This document shows, piece after piece, positions 41,120-59,829 of a stretch of DNA of 64,000 nucleotides. The DNA lies in assembly GCF_009914755.1 (NCBI RefSeq), contig NC_060928.1; one strand, given 5' to 3'. A program made the translations under genes and the position numbers. The stretch comes from the human T2T-CHM13v2.0 reference genome, Homo sapiens. The notes under the pieces are model-generated. The model was not told where the DNA came from, searched no databases, and saw only the letters and a program-made list of their open reading frames with translations. The stretch's first letter is position 1; each line of letters starts with the position of its first letter.

Positions 41120-42161
41120 CAGCTTTATTAAGAAATTGATATGAATTCATGCATTTTAAGTATATAATTCATAATTTCAACAAATTTATAGAATTATACA
41201 ATCATGACAATAATCCAGGTTTAGTACATTTCCATCAACTTAAAAAGATTCCTTGTGCCTGTTTATAGTCAGCTATACTACCACTGCTAGCCCAGAAAGC
41301 CACACATCTATTTTCTCTCTGTTTCCTATGAATGAATTTTATTTTTCTGCATATATCCTATGAATTGATTCATACAGTATGTAATCTTTTCTATCTGGCC
41401 TTTTTCACCTAGCATAATGTTTTTGAAGTCATCCATGTTGTGGCATGTATCAGTAGCTTGTTCCTTTTAATTAGCGAATAGAATTCTATTGTATCGATAT
41501 CACTTTTTGTCAACACGTTTATCAGTTGATAGACACTTGGATTATTCCATGATTCGGCGTATTATTAATAATGCTGCTATTAACATGCAGGATTGAGCCG
41601 TGGTATGGAGATATGTTTCATTTTCTCTTGGGGGTAAGTCTAAAAGTCATATGGTAATTTTATATTTAACTTTTTAAGACTGCCAAACTGTTTTCAAAGT
41701 GACAATTCCACCAGCAATGTACAAGGGTTCCAGGTTTTCCACATCCTCACCAACATTTGCTCTTATCTGATGATTCTAGTGTGAAGGAAATGGTATCTGT
41801 GATTTTAAATTTATTCTCCTAGTGAGGAATTATGTTGAATATGTTTTCTTGTACTTATAAATCATTCATATATCCTATTTGGTGAAACGGCTATTCAAAC
41901 TTTTTGCCCATATTTAAATTAGGTTTTTGGTGTCATTATTATTGAGTTGTAACATTTATTTACATATTCTGAATATGAGTCCTTTTTCAAATATAGGATT
42001 TGTAAATATTATCTTCTAATCTGTGGCTTGTCTTTTTACTTACTTAATGGTGTTCTTTTGATGCTTAAATGTTCATAATTTTGATGAAGTCCTATTTATC
42101 TATTTTCTTCTTTTATGGGTCTTGATTTTTGTGTCATGTCTAAGAACTAATTACCTAAACC
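41120..42161 (-). mobile_element. Old L1M (L1MB/MC-like) 3' portion, left part, interrupted by the L1PA
   Basis: Diverged antisense L1 motifs (ttccacatcctcaccaaca, catccatgttgtggcatgtatc, ctgccaaactgttttcaaagtg); continues after 47246. Confidence 0.8.
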
Positions 42162-47103
<4,942 letters not shown>

Positions 47104-47137
<34 letters not shown>

Positions 47138-47227
47138 TACATATATATACATATATACGTATATATGAGTTCTATATATATATACATATATACGTATATA
47201 TACGTGTGTATATATATGTATATATAT
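47104..47227. repeat. Compound (TA)n/(CA)n microsatellite at the L1PA tail position
   Basis: Directly visible between the L1 3' end and the downstream TSD. Confidence 0.93.
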
Positions 47228-47890
47228 AGAACTCATTACCTAAACCCAACTTACAAATATTTCCTTCTGAGTTTTCTTCTAGAAGTTTCACAGTTTTAGC
47301 TCTTACATTTAGATCTATAATCTATTGTGAGCTAATTTTTGTGTATGTGTAAATTCTTCTCTTTCCATATAGATAAACCAATTGTCCCAGCATCATTTTT
47401 TGAAAAGATTCTCCATTCTCCATTGAATTACCTTGGCAGCTTTGTTTAAAATCAATTGACTTTAAAGATAATAGTTTATTTCTGGACAGTAAATTTTGTT
47501 CTATTAATCTACATTATATACTTATGCTAATACTACATTGTCTTGATTATTATAGTTTTGTAGTAATTTGTGAAGTCAGAAAGTGTAAGTTTTTCCACTT
47601 TGTTCTTCTTTTACAAAATGTCTGGGTCCTTTGCATTTACATATAAATTTTAGGTTAGGCTTGCCAATTTCTGCAAAAAGACTACGGAGATTTAGATAGC
47701 GATTGCAATGAATCTATAGATCAATTATGGAGAATTACTAAACAATATTGAGTCTTCTAATCCATGAACACAGGCTGTCTCTCCATTTAGTGGATCCTAT
47801 TAATTTCTCTCAGCAATATTTTGTGTCTTCTGTGTACAACATTCAGACTAACTTTGTTAAGTTTATACCTATTCTTTTCGATGTGATTAT
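47228..47890 (-). mobile_element. Old L1M, right part
   Basis: Antisense ORF2-like motifs (tctagaagtttcacagtttta, gattgcaatgaatctatagatc, taatccatgaaca) collinear with 41120-42161. Confidence 0.75.
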
Positions 47891-48865
47891 AAGTTAGACT
47901 CGTTAATCTAAACCACCATTTCTGACAACTTTCAGGACTGTGCTATTTCCTACTCCAATCCAAGTCAAGTCAGCCCCCTCTGTTAGTGAAGCTGCTGGTG
48001 TTAATGGCCTTGCCCTAGGAAATTGTGTTCACAGGGCCAGGGTTGATGGGAGCAGCCCTCAGCAAAATGCCACAGACTTCTACTGATGCTGCCCAATGTT
48101 CACTAGTTTCTCACAAATAAGTACTTCTGAATTTGTGGTGTGCATCCAATTTATTCTGTTTATCCTAAAATGGTTGTTTTGGATTGTTATTTCCAGTTGT
48201 AATATTCCTTTTGGAGAGAGGGTGTGCTAAGCTGCTCACTTCATCATTCTAGGAGCCATGCCCCTACCTGCATGATCACTTTTGAGTTTCAATACTGTTT
48301 GAAGAACTTCCTCAGAAAAAGCATGCTGTACTCTGCCTACACTAAATGGCCTGGTAAGCTTCCCTTAAACATTGTGATATAAGTGTTAGTGTTTCACTTT
48401 TGATAGTAAACTTGAGAGAAATATAGAATTGTACTGTTTTTCAGGTGTGCGTATGAGCAATTTTATTCTTTTTCTCCCAAATGAATGGCAAGTTAAGCAT
48501 TAATTCTAGGTAAATATTTAGTTTCTGAGGATGTGGGTTTTTTTGTGAGTAAGAAAGTCACCTTTCAGTCAACTATGTGGTTCTGGGTATCCTTCATAAC
48601 ATTTAAAATAATTATTATATGTTTACTATCAACAGGAAAACAAGTTTACTTTGAACTTTATACTCAGTGTGTTTTGCATCTCTCTCTAGCATGAAAAGGC
48701 TCTCCCTTTTGTATGTTCATATGTTTTGAACATGACCCCAGAATGTTTCAAATTTTAAATATCCTCATGCAGCAATTAAAAGCACTAACACCGGAATAGT
48801 TTGGACCTCTGATTGAGACAACTTACTATAAGATGTACCTCTTCTATTGGAGGTCTGTTCTACAC

Positions 48866-49000
48866 ACCATCATTTTTCTTAATTATTTCTGACATTTTGC
48901 CTATCATACACTGACCTTCGAAGCTATTTATTGAAAACCCTTCTCGGAAATCTCATAGTCTGAGAGTGAATTGTCAAAAATAATTAAGAAAAATGGTGGT
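48866..49000. repeat. 29-bp inverted repeat with a 77-bp spacer
   Basis: accatcatttttcttaattatttctgaca (48866-48894) versus tgtcaaaaataattaagaaaaatggtggt (48972-49000); 27 of 29 positions complementary. Confidence 0.9.
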
Positions 49001-49437
49001 ATATTCCCCTGACACAGAAATATATCTTTTCTAAAATGTTGCTGCTTTTAACTGAATTTAATTTAAAGTCATTTCAAGAATTATGAGTCTATTAACTGAA
49101 CAACTCCCGCAAAAGTAAAAACACCCAGAGCTTTGGATGAGATAGTAATAAGGAGAAAAATGTTCTCATGCAGGCTATTATTTTGAATTTCTTGTATTTT
49201 GTGGGAGAGTACTGCCATACTCAACTCACTACAATTTAAAACATTCATGAGACTTCCAGGAGTTTTTTGAGATTGTCCCCTATCATATCATCCATGTGTA
49301 TTTCTTACCAAAAAGGAAAAGAAAAAAAACAAAAGAAATATTCCCAAATCAAACCTGAATTCTCCTTGCCTCCTCTGACAGGAGTTAACACGACATGTCT
49401 AACAAAGCCTGGTCTTCAGGAAGTGAGCACTGCTTAC

Positions 49438-49555
49438 CGTCTTCCTGTTATAACTGGCAACACATCATTGGATTTGGCTTCAATTATTTTAAATGCAACT
49501 TTCTTTAAATCGGAAATGCCAACGGCCATGTCCTCTAGCATTCCAATTTCATCGC
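49438..49555 (-). CDS. INPP4B: INPP4B internal coding exon (118 nt): (S)[38 protein letters not shown](R)
   Basis: Acceptor ttttctattgtttag|GC, donor ACG|gtaagc; 2+38x3+2 nt. Confidence 0.96.
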
Positions 49556-49988
49556 CTAAACAATAGAAAAGGCACTTAGCTACAAACAAACATTTGAGGA
49601 AAATGTCACTAGCTACTATGCCTCCCTGCTGGAATTTGTTCTAGCATTTTATTGAATGAGTTTCTGAATGCAGTGAACCTACTCTAGACACTTTTCCTCA
49701 GAGGCTGAAGGTGTTTCTTAGTGAAATGAGAACCATTTCAATGGACTTCAGAAGTCAATCTACCCTTTGAGGGAAGGAAGAACGTGGACATTTGCTGTGA
49801 GGCTGGAGAGAGTGTTTTAACCCCTTTGTGATTTGTGCACCTTTCTTTCTACTGGCAGGACTGATATCTGTTGTCTAGAAATAACAGAGGTAGCTGAATT
49901 TATCATCACTGACCCAGGTTCATGCTAGTTTTGCATCTCCATACATTAACAAATGAAGCCTGACAGGGAGATCATTAAGATTCCAGAT

Positions 49989-50289
49989 CAGCACTCTCTA
50001 ACAGAAATATGTGAGCCACATATATAATTTTAAATTTCCTGGTAGTCATTTTTTAAAAGAGTGAAATTAAAAAGGTAGAATTAATTTTAATAATATATTT
50101 TACTTAATCCAGTATATCCAAAATACCATTTCAATTGTAAATTAATATGAAATTATTAATTATCAATATAAAATATCTTTTAAAACTAGTTTTTGAAATC
50201 TGGTATGCATATCTAGTACTTATTGATTTGGACTAGACACATTTCAATTACCCAAAAGTCACACAAGGCTACTATATTGAACAGTGCAG
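49989..50289. mobile_element. MER33-like (hAT-Charlie)
   Basis: agaaatat..gagccacatat..aattttaaattt..aattaattttaataatatatttt..ggctactatattgaacagtgcag. Confidence 0.72.
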
Positions 50290-50601
50290 TTCTAGACATT
50301 ACAGGGTTGAGACTTTAAAATCCAGTCATTGCAACTATGTTGGCACAGAGCCTTTTATATTAAAAAAGCCAGATGGCTGCTCAGGAGTCCACTCTGAAAT
50401 AATCTATAATTCCATTTTCAAAGCATAATAGGAGGCAAAAGTAAGTTACAAGGTGAATGCAAAAAACTGAAAGTTATATTATTTTTGTAATACTTGGCAC
50501 AATAAAGGTTTACTTATTTTTATGTTTTCTTGAAAAATTTCTGGATTAAATGTCCTTCTGAATAGAAATGTGATTTTAACTTGTACTAAAGCAATACTCA
50601 C

Positions 50602-50725
50602 TGTATGTACTTAGCAGTCCTTCATATTGTACTATCAACCCCACTGTGTGAAGCTGCTGTAGGAAGCCTGGGTCATACAGACTTGTCTGTAATTTGATGA
50701 TAAAACCACAAACCAATCCAGCAAG
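50602..50725 (-). CDS. INPP4B: INPP4B internal coding exon (124 nt): [41 protein letters not shown]
   Basis: Acceptor ttttttttcag|CTT, donor ACA|gtgagt; 41 codons + 1 nt; phases match both neighbours. Confidence 0.96.
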
Positions 50726-51897
50726 CTGAAAAAAAAATATTGATGAGATTTACTGCAGTTAGCAAACGTATTTGTTTTATTTTGAAATATTTTAAGACTT
50801 CTGAGGCATCACAGATTCGATTCTCAGGTATGTATAACAAAACTACAACTATTTGGTAGGCATAGTAAAACAAGTTGACAGTCTTTGATCTAGAATTGCT
50901 GTGTATAAAAGTCTTGGGGAAGGTAGAAGTGCAAAGGGAAAAAGAACATGGACAGGAGTAAGGTTGATAGGTCTTCAAATCTTATATCTACCATTTCTAA
51001 CAGTAAATTCATAAACACTTAAGCACTTCCAAATCTTACTATTTTTTGTACATGTAAAATAGAGATGATAATAATCATTTCACAGGGTCATTAAAAGAAC
51101 ACAATGACGAAACATGTATGTATAAGGCAGAGCATATTTTCCGACACCTGGTTAGCTTCATGTGCCACTGGACCATTCATGAAATAGTGGGGGAAAGCGA
51201 CAGTTTGGTTAAAACATTCCCTTTTCCTAGAATGTTTAGAAAGAGAAGTCTTCTTTTTCTTTCTCTCCATATGTCCTGTCTATAAAACTCAGCCATGAGG
51301 ATGGAGGCAGGTGGGGAGAAGGAAGGCACCAGCACACCCACCGTGATGGAGGCAGGCCTTGGCATTATGAATCATGTTGGGTGTAGGCAAGGAAGGTGGC
51401 CCTGTCAAACCTCCTATTCGAGCCTTACTGCCCTGAAAACTTATTTTAAAAACAAAATAAGAGATAATTGTGAAATCCTGTCCCAGGATTCATGGGGGAG
51501 CTGTACAAATAAGCGACTGCAAACAGATCCCCTTTGCCAAGTCCTAGCTTGTCACCTGGAGTGCAAGTCAACAGTCCCTTCCCTTACACTTATGTAGATC
51601 CCAGAGCATAATACAAAGATGATGACCACTTCCTTCACGGACTTCATGCCCTGTGAAGCAGAATTTACATGTTAGAGACTTGGCCATCTCTTTTCAGAAA
51701 TAAATACTTAAGGTCTCATAAACTCTTTGCTTAGGATATTCAGCTGATATTTATCGTGAATAAGAAACATGGGATACCAAAACTTTAAGGATCTTTTTAA
51801 AAATAAAGCTGTCCCAATAAGAATTCTATTCATCATCAAGGATAGGATGTTAACAATCCGGCATTGTTTTGTACTAACAATAACAACAGGCACCTAC

Positions 51898-52070
51898 TGC
51901 TTGGCTGAAGACGATGTCTCTTCTTAGCGTCAGCATCAGACACTGGGGCAAGCTGTACGCAAGTTCCTGAAGGAGCACAAATGTCAGGGACTGCTTGGCT
52001 CGGTTCACCACTTCTCCCATGCAGTCCTTCAGGGTAAGGATGAGGGGATACAACTGTTCATACCAGTCCT
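51898..52070 (-). CDS. INPP4B: INPP4B internal coding exon (173 nt): (E)[57 protein letters not shown]
   Basis: Minus-strand acceptor cttcccccag|AG and donor GCA|gtaggt; open frame of 2+57x3 nt; peptide recognised as INPP4B; phase 0 joins the next exon. Not in the ORF track. Confidence 0.96.
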
Positions 52071-52179
52071 CTGGGGGAAGGGGGTGTAAGAACAGTGCAA
52101 TAGATGAAGGAAGGTCTTGGAATATAATGCAGAACCAACTTCCAACTTATTTTTAATTTTTCAGTAAGTTAGACATATT

Positions 52180-53200
52180 CTTAAGGATTCACAAAGATTA
52201 GAGCTGAAGATCTCTAATTTAAATCTCTCGCCTGAACTCCACAATGTCCATAAGCAGCCACCCATCGGACCTCTCCAAGTGGATGCATTTAACATATTTG
52301 CAGCAGATCTCTCTTCTCTGCTCATCTCTAATCTGTGCACTACCTGTATCTTAGTGAGTGGTGCCATCAAATCTTTCTCATACTGGAAACAGAAGTTTTA
52401 CTGGACTTCCTCTTTTGCAGTTTTCACATTAACTTGGTCATTAAATTAGTTCTACTACTCTTAACAGTCCATCAATATGCATCTTCTCCTTGTCCATGCC
52501 CATCGTTGTTTATTGCTCTCCCTTGGATTACTTCCTGGACTACTCCCTAACCCATCTCCCTTCCTCCAGTCACACTCTACTGAATTCCCTTCTCAACAGT
52601 GTTGCCAGAAACATTTATAATCAGTTTGTATCTGATTGTACCACTCACTCCTCACTTCTTAAAATATTTTGAAAAAAAAACACTAAAGCATTCATAAATA
52701 AATAAAGTTCAAACTCATGAAAGATTCTCCATTATCTAAACTTTGCCTATTTGTCTAATCTCATCTTTCAGAAGTTTATTTGCTGTCTTGAGTCTCAGGT
52801 GAATTGAACCTCATGTATTTCCTTAAACTTACCTTGTTCTCTCATCTCAATGTCTTTGAAAATCCTATCTCCTCTCCTGGAACACTCTTTTTCTACTTAT
52901 CTTCCTGACAAATGCTTTATCTCTTCTGCAAACTCAATTCAGGATTTCTCTTCTCCAGGAAGTCTTCCTTCATTTCCCCCTTACTACACTTCCCTATTCC
53001 ATGAAGATTGGGTTGAGCTGACTTCCTTTTGTGCCTGTATCTTCCTGTCCCAGTACTACTCACACACTACTCACCATTTTCCTCTGCAAGAAAGATAACT
53101 CACTGAGGGCAAGGAATTCATTTTTTAATCACCGAATCACTAGAACCTAGCATAGTGCCTAGCATATAGTAAATATTCAATAAGTTTTAATTGAATGAGA
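52180..53200 (+). mobile_element. L2 fragment
   Basis: ctctcgcctgaactcca...; ends cctagcatagtgcctagcatatagta..tcaataa..ttgaatga. Confidence 0.65.
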
Positions 53201-54379
53201 AAAGTTACAATAAATATAAAAAGTTTTAAAGATATAGACAAGTATAAGTAAGTCAAGTTTTGGGTAGTATTTGGGATTCAAATAGCTGTTCTTCAAATGA
53301 GGATGCAAAATTGAGACCATTTGTGCTATTTGTATGTCTAGATTTCTAACAGGCATCAATTATATAATTATGACTTTGGTATGATATAGAAACAATTTAT
53401 GTTCTGTTTCAGTTAATTTGGAGATCAAAGCCCTGGCAAATGTTAACTATCATAAATTCTTGACCGTGTGACATTCCATTAATATATAAATAAATTAATG
53501 GGTGACAAATACGATTTGATATGAATGAGTGCATGCTGCGAAATTAATTATAAAGCAGGAACTGAAATGATATGATCTCCTCATCATAAAAGTGCAAGCA
53601 TCATTGTGAGTAATGTGAGTGGTAAATAATCAGTTAAGACCTTGAAAGAGTGACAGAGAATAATAAAAAGAATCACAATCACTATCGTACCATGTCTACT
53701 GTCACTTATTTATTTTATGTTGTGGTATAATAGACTAGATGAAATAAACCCAAAGGGTTGAAAGGATAATTAATGGCCCCAACATAATAAAAAGATACAT
53801 TCTTAGTAATACTCTATGAAATGCCTATGTGATGTCATAATGTAAAATACATTAGAATGTTAGAAATTATTTTAAAAATATTGTAGATGTACATGCTATT
53901 ATGAGGATAAAAAGCATAAAGAAAGAGGAATGCAACAGAGCCCTATTAATGCATGATCATTTAATATTGGACAAACTTATAGGCAGCCTAGAATAAAATG
54001 TGAACAATGGTTCAATTTAAACAAGCATTGGTTAACTGTTGATTCTTATGTCATTGTCATGTGTAAAAGGGAAAATAGAGGTACACTGAACTTTTTTTTC
54101 ATAATAAGAGATACATCAATAGATACCAAGAATGAATATCCTATATTCCTATTTTTTCATATTTGCATTTTTATCTCCTGTTCTCTCCCTTTATTTAATT
54201 GTTGTTCTCAATATGAATGGGTAGACTAATAGACACAGGGAAACACTAGAAAAAACTTCAATAAATTAACCCAGATGTAAATTTTAAACGATAACAGACT
54301 GAAAACTGCTTTTGTTCTGTGCTTAGCTCTGTAGAGATTTGTTTCTACTAGAGAATTCCCAAACATAAAATACATCTTC

Positions 54380-54398
54380 TGTGCAGTAGGTGGCGCTG
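54380..54398 (+). promoter_or_regulatory. Candidate CTCF binding site
   Basis: tgtgCAGTAGGTGGCGCTg versus the core CCASYAGRKGGCRS, with one core mismatch; retains a CpG in AT-rich unique sequence. Motif only, no binding data. Confidence 0.6.
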
Positions 54399-55500
54399 CT
54401 TAATCAGGCTGAAGCAGAACTACTTTGCACTTACTGCATTCAAGTAACTGATTTTTACTTTGTACGCAGTTGTATAGTTCCCAAACAGCATGTACTTATT
54501 GTTTAAGCATCTTGCATGGTACTATACTGAATCAACTGGTCAATACTTTATATGATTTTTCTAGTTAGAAAATTTAAAAAATAACTTAAGTGACCACATT
54601 TGTTTTCTTGCAAGACATTAAGTGACAATTCTAATTAAATATTTGTTTCTCTAAAAAGTATTTAAAGGAGAAAACTTTGCAGATTGTCTCATTAGCATAA
54701 GGATAGTTGCTTTATTCACTTCCATCTTCACTTATTTAACCAGTTGATTCTTAATTATAAATTACAATCAGATGACAAAAAAAAAACACCAAAACAAGTC
54801 TGGTTTCCAGTTTCACTAGATTGGAAGTGGAAACCCAGGATAAAAGGAACACACAACATTCTAAACCTAGGAACAGTGTTACATACTTCTGATACTAACA
54901 ATATTCCAGTGTCTCTATTTTGCATAATTATATATACTTTTTATGGCTAAAATATCAGGACAATGACAATATCGGAAAGCATTAATTATGAATGAGAAAA
55001 TTACAAGTTTGTGAGCAAGGTAATATGTCTTTAAAATAGTAGTAAGCCTTCTATGGAGGAACATAAGTGAAAAAGCTAAAAATACATTTTTTTTCTAGAA
55101 AAGAAACAATTTAAGTTGAGCAGATAATGGAAAATTGTACTGGAAAATTCCAATGCCAATGACTCCAGGTTTTCTTCTCTGTTAATATGCAGTCAGTGTA
55201 AATCTCAGGTTCTGAAATAAACACAGTGGCTACGACAGGCCAAAGCAAAGCCAAAGTCAGTTCATAAATGGCCTTTTTGCTCCAATGAACATCCCAAATC
55301 ATTCTCACAAAGGAAAAATAAATGCTTTAGTCTTTTGCTTTAAAATATGTTTTGGGGAAAATTAAAAAAAACCCAAGCTTCAGCTCTTGACAGTTTTCAG
55401 ACTTGTCACTTGCCCCTCACCTTTATGTCTCTCTATACCTTACAGTTTACATGGTGTTTATTTGGTCCTCCTGATAAAGATGAAGGTAGTATTCATTCAT

Positions 55501-55648
55501 ATATAAATATATATATGTGTGTGTGTGTGTGTATGTATATACACATATATATACGTGTGTGCACACACACATACACACAATCTTAGTTGAAACTTGAAAA
55601 AACTAAACTCAGAAGAGTGGATGTGTGTATTTCAGGATTTCGTACTTT

Positions 55649-55685
<37 letters not shown>

Positions 55686-55691
55686 ACACAT
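55501..55691. repeat. (TA)/(TG)/(CA) microsatellite cluster
   Basis: (TG)n at ~55515-55532, gtgtgtgcacacac palindrome near 55560, (CA)n at ~55652-55690. Confidence 0.9.
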
Positions 55692-58600
55692 ACCTTTTTT
55701 ATAAACCTAGTGAAGCTGGGGAGCTAAGGGTGCCCCACAATATAGTCACTGCCCCACTATCTCTGCCCTGAGCCAACTAGCCTCGCAGGCACTAAGTGTG
55801 ATTTTATTCCCTGGGCTCCTTTCCATGACAGAGGGAAACACTAAGTGAATGTTTTAGTGTGTCTATAAGAACTTGCTGAGACTCCTTAACCCTGAGACCA
55901 ACAAGAATCTTTCCTCGGGAAAACATAAAATGCATGTGGCTTAGCTGAGCTTTTCCTGAGCTTTGTGAAGTGTGTTGGGAGCCATCCAAGCACAGCCTCT
56001 GTTTTCCAGCCCTCTACTTGCTTCTCCGGCATATTCAAGGGAAGCTCACTGAAGGATTCAGAGAACGGCTGCTGGGTGCCCCCCTCACCTCCTCCACACA
56101 TCATCTATTTCCTGTGCAGGATGTTCATGTCCTCTGAGCTCAATCACTCTTATGTTACTCAGGAGAAAAATAAAAGAGCCAAATATCAACCAACTGTAGC
56201 AGAGCATCATGCTTTCTTCACAATTTCTGAGCCATTCTCTTCTCAGGTGCTTGGTCTTCTTTGCTCATTTAAAATAATTAACTTCACAAAAGCTTGTAGC
56301 TATTGTTATTTCCGTTATCGCAACCTTTCAGACACAGAAAAAAGGAAAAGTAAAAAGATTGCACATGCATTAAACTTTATGCAAAGAGATAACAGAAGAA
56401 ATGAGCCAGCTCTTAGGATTCTCTTAAGGTAACAAGATGATGAACTGTGAAGCCAAGCAATTAGAATGGCCATTAAGGGGGGCAATAAAATTCCCAAGGT
56501 CATGAAGTGAACACAGACCAAACTTACAGCCAGTAGGGGTTTTCATCTATGCCTGAACCCCAGGTAGTACAGAAATGGTGACCGGTTCATGGTTGGGGGC
56601 TTGTTATTTCCTGCTTATAAAATTTTTGTTGATTTTGAAGGGCCTATGCCTTACATCAACCCAAATAAGGGTACCTATGTGCCTCTGTGAGTGAAGTTCT
56701 TGTCTTTCAGGCACAATTTTGCAGTGTGAACATTAATAATGTGAAGGGATCAACTAATAATAAGGTTTCTTCTGCAGACACTTTATAGGTAAATTCCTTT
56801 GTATGGGCATAATACACGTCGCCAACTTTGGTCATAGACCCTAGACATCTGCCCATAGGAGGCCTCTAAATACCTGGACATATCCTAGGGGCACAGGGCC
56901 TAGAAACTAGGCTAATTCCAGACAATAGAAGAGTAATCAGGAAAAGAAAAGCACCTGTGGAAACTTGGCTGCTTCGAATGTTTTCCAGGCCACTCAGAAT
57001 GTCCTTCTCCAACCAAGCCTTCCTGACCCTCTTCCTGTCTTTATAATCTACTGCCTGTCTCTGATACAGGAATTGAGAAATCTATTTTTATTTTTCTTCT
57101 TTTAATAAATGCTAATGTGTCTTTCTTATATCATTGCTCCCCCCCTCCTTTTTCATGACATCATGAGAAATGGACTCATTCATTGGACAAAGATAGTGTC
57201 TTCTATGTGAGGTGCTGTGGGTGATACTAATATTTTTAACTCATGCCCCCTCCTTCAAGGAGCTAAAATTGAGAAGGAAAGGTAAGAAGTACAAAGGAAT
57301 ACCTACAGTATAAGGTGGTATGATAACAGCTACAAAAGTTGGGACAGTGACCAAACGAGTTTTAGAAGAGAGAGAGTTTAGAGGCAAGAGAGTTCATCTC
57401 TGGTGAGAAGACTGTGTTCACTCATGGCTGTGGCATTTACTGCAAACTTAAAGGAAGTCACATGTGGAAAGTGCCCAGGGAAGTCTGCCTGGACTGCAGG
57501 TAGTAGACACCCACAGTGAGGCTTTGTAGGAATAGAGACTGAGAGGAGTGTTTGGTTTTGTAATGACAAATCTAATAAATAGATGCATAAACTGACCAAA
57601 GGGAGAAACAGGGGGTACTGGAAGAGAGGAAATAAATGACTGAGATCACTCAGTGATTTGGAGAAGGCAGGAATAAAACAGAAGTAAATGTTAAGCTGAA
57701 GCCATGGAATAAAACCAATGGGAGTCTAGGTATAGGCAGTCACCATGGTAGGGATAGGGAATGGAGGTCGATAGGGGTGGGGATAAAGGACGGCGCAGAG
57801 GATATGTGAACAGGGCAAGAGCTAAGAAGCAAGGCCACATCAGAAACAATGTGTATCAGACAGGGTGAATGAAGAAACAAGGTTTATATTAACCCTGAGA
57901 GGAAGGTAGCATGTGAATGTACTTTCCCTTGCCTCTATCTCAGGGCAGCCTCAAAGGCCCTAAGGACATTCACATAAAGAACAAACATGTATCTTAAAAT
58001 GTAATCAGTGTAATGTCCACTGAACTATGATCCAAGGTAAATGACTGATCTTAGCACCTTCCACATGTATGAGAAATAACTGTACTGCTCAACCCAAGAC
58101 AAATGGCTATGACAAGAACAAAGGCAACCTTCCCTCATGTCCAGGGAACCTTGTTTGTTTAAACCCTGCCAGCCTGAGAACACAGTGTCATAAAACTTTC
58201 CAGTCTTGCTCTTAGGAAAATAGCAAAGGAAATGCAACAACTGATATCCTGGTTAAACTTCTTATTTCGTAGCACAAAATTGAAAGCCTAAAGTAAATTC
58301 TGCTAAGACAGTTTCCAGGAACCAAATCCATTAATCAAACAAGCCTTGTATTTGTTGTAGCACAAAAGTTTTAAATTCAGGTTATGTGTTGACTGGAGGA
58401 GTCACACACCCACATTCACTGGGCTTATTTTGTTGCCTTTTGGCCTTAAATAAACTGTAATCTCAGGATTCTGGCCCTCAAACAGGCTGGGTATTTAAGA
58501 ATAAGCTGCATAGGTCATAGGTCTTTGAGCAACCTGAAATTATCAATATGTCTACATCAGTGAGCTCCTGTCATTTAAATATTGGCCAGCATCTAAGGTT

Positions 58601-58973
58601 GAGAAGACAGGTAGTGGATACTGAGTTGACTGAATCCTTATCAGAGTACAGGCAATCAGAGAAGTGAAGAGGTGCAACATTTTTACTAGGTGAATGTAGG
58701 TGAAGTAAACTAGGTGAATATAGAAGTTTCCCAGTAATGTTCAAGACCATGGAATATAGTACATCAATTTTTTGGAGCATAAGTTTATACAAGTGCAATT
58801 TTGCTATATGCATGAAATGTGTAGTTGCACCAGTTTAAAAACAAAATTCTGCAAACACAATAGGGCCTCACGTCCATAGATTTAACTTATAAATGCTGAG
58901 TAAGCAGTCAAGTAACCAAACAATGTAAACAGTACATTTCTTAGGCCATTTCATTCAATAATCACATGCCCTA

Positions 58974-59375
<402 letters not shown>

Positions 59376-59829
59376 TTAAGTAATTTTTCGATGTAATTAT
59401 GAATTCTTAATTTCTGCATATGATTCCACAGTGAGCCTTTAAGATATACCTAAGGGACTGATTTTCATGAAGTTATCATATAGCATCACAAGTTTGTGCC
59501 TGAAACAACTCAACATTTTGTTAAAAGGGTGCTAGTGAATATGTTTGTAGAGAATAAGATTGGAGAAGGTTTTTTTTTTTCTTGGAGAGAGCAGAGGCAA
59601 TGCATCATAGACTCTAAGAGGGCAGGCTCTGGAGCCAGACCACCAGGGTTAGAACCCAGGCTGTGCACAGGTCACTACAACTCTCTACTTCTTCATCCTT
59701 TAATTTTGTAGAATTAATTCTACAGTGTTGTAAGAATTAAATGAGTTAACGCAGTCAATATTTTTTTTTACCACATATCAAGTAATCCATAAATATGAGC
59801 TTCTATGTTAAAACAATTCAAATAAACAA

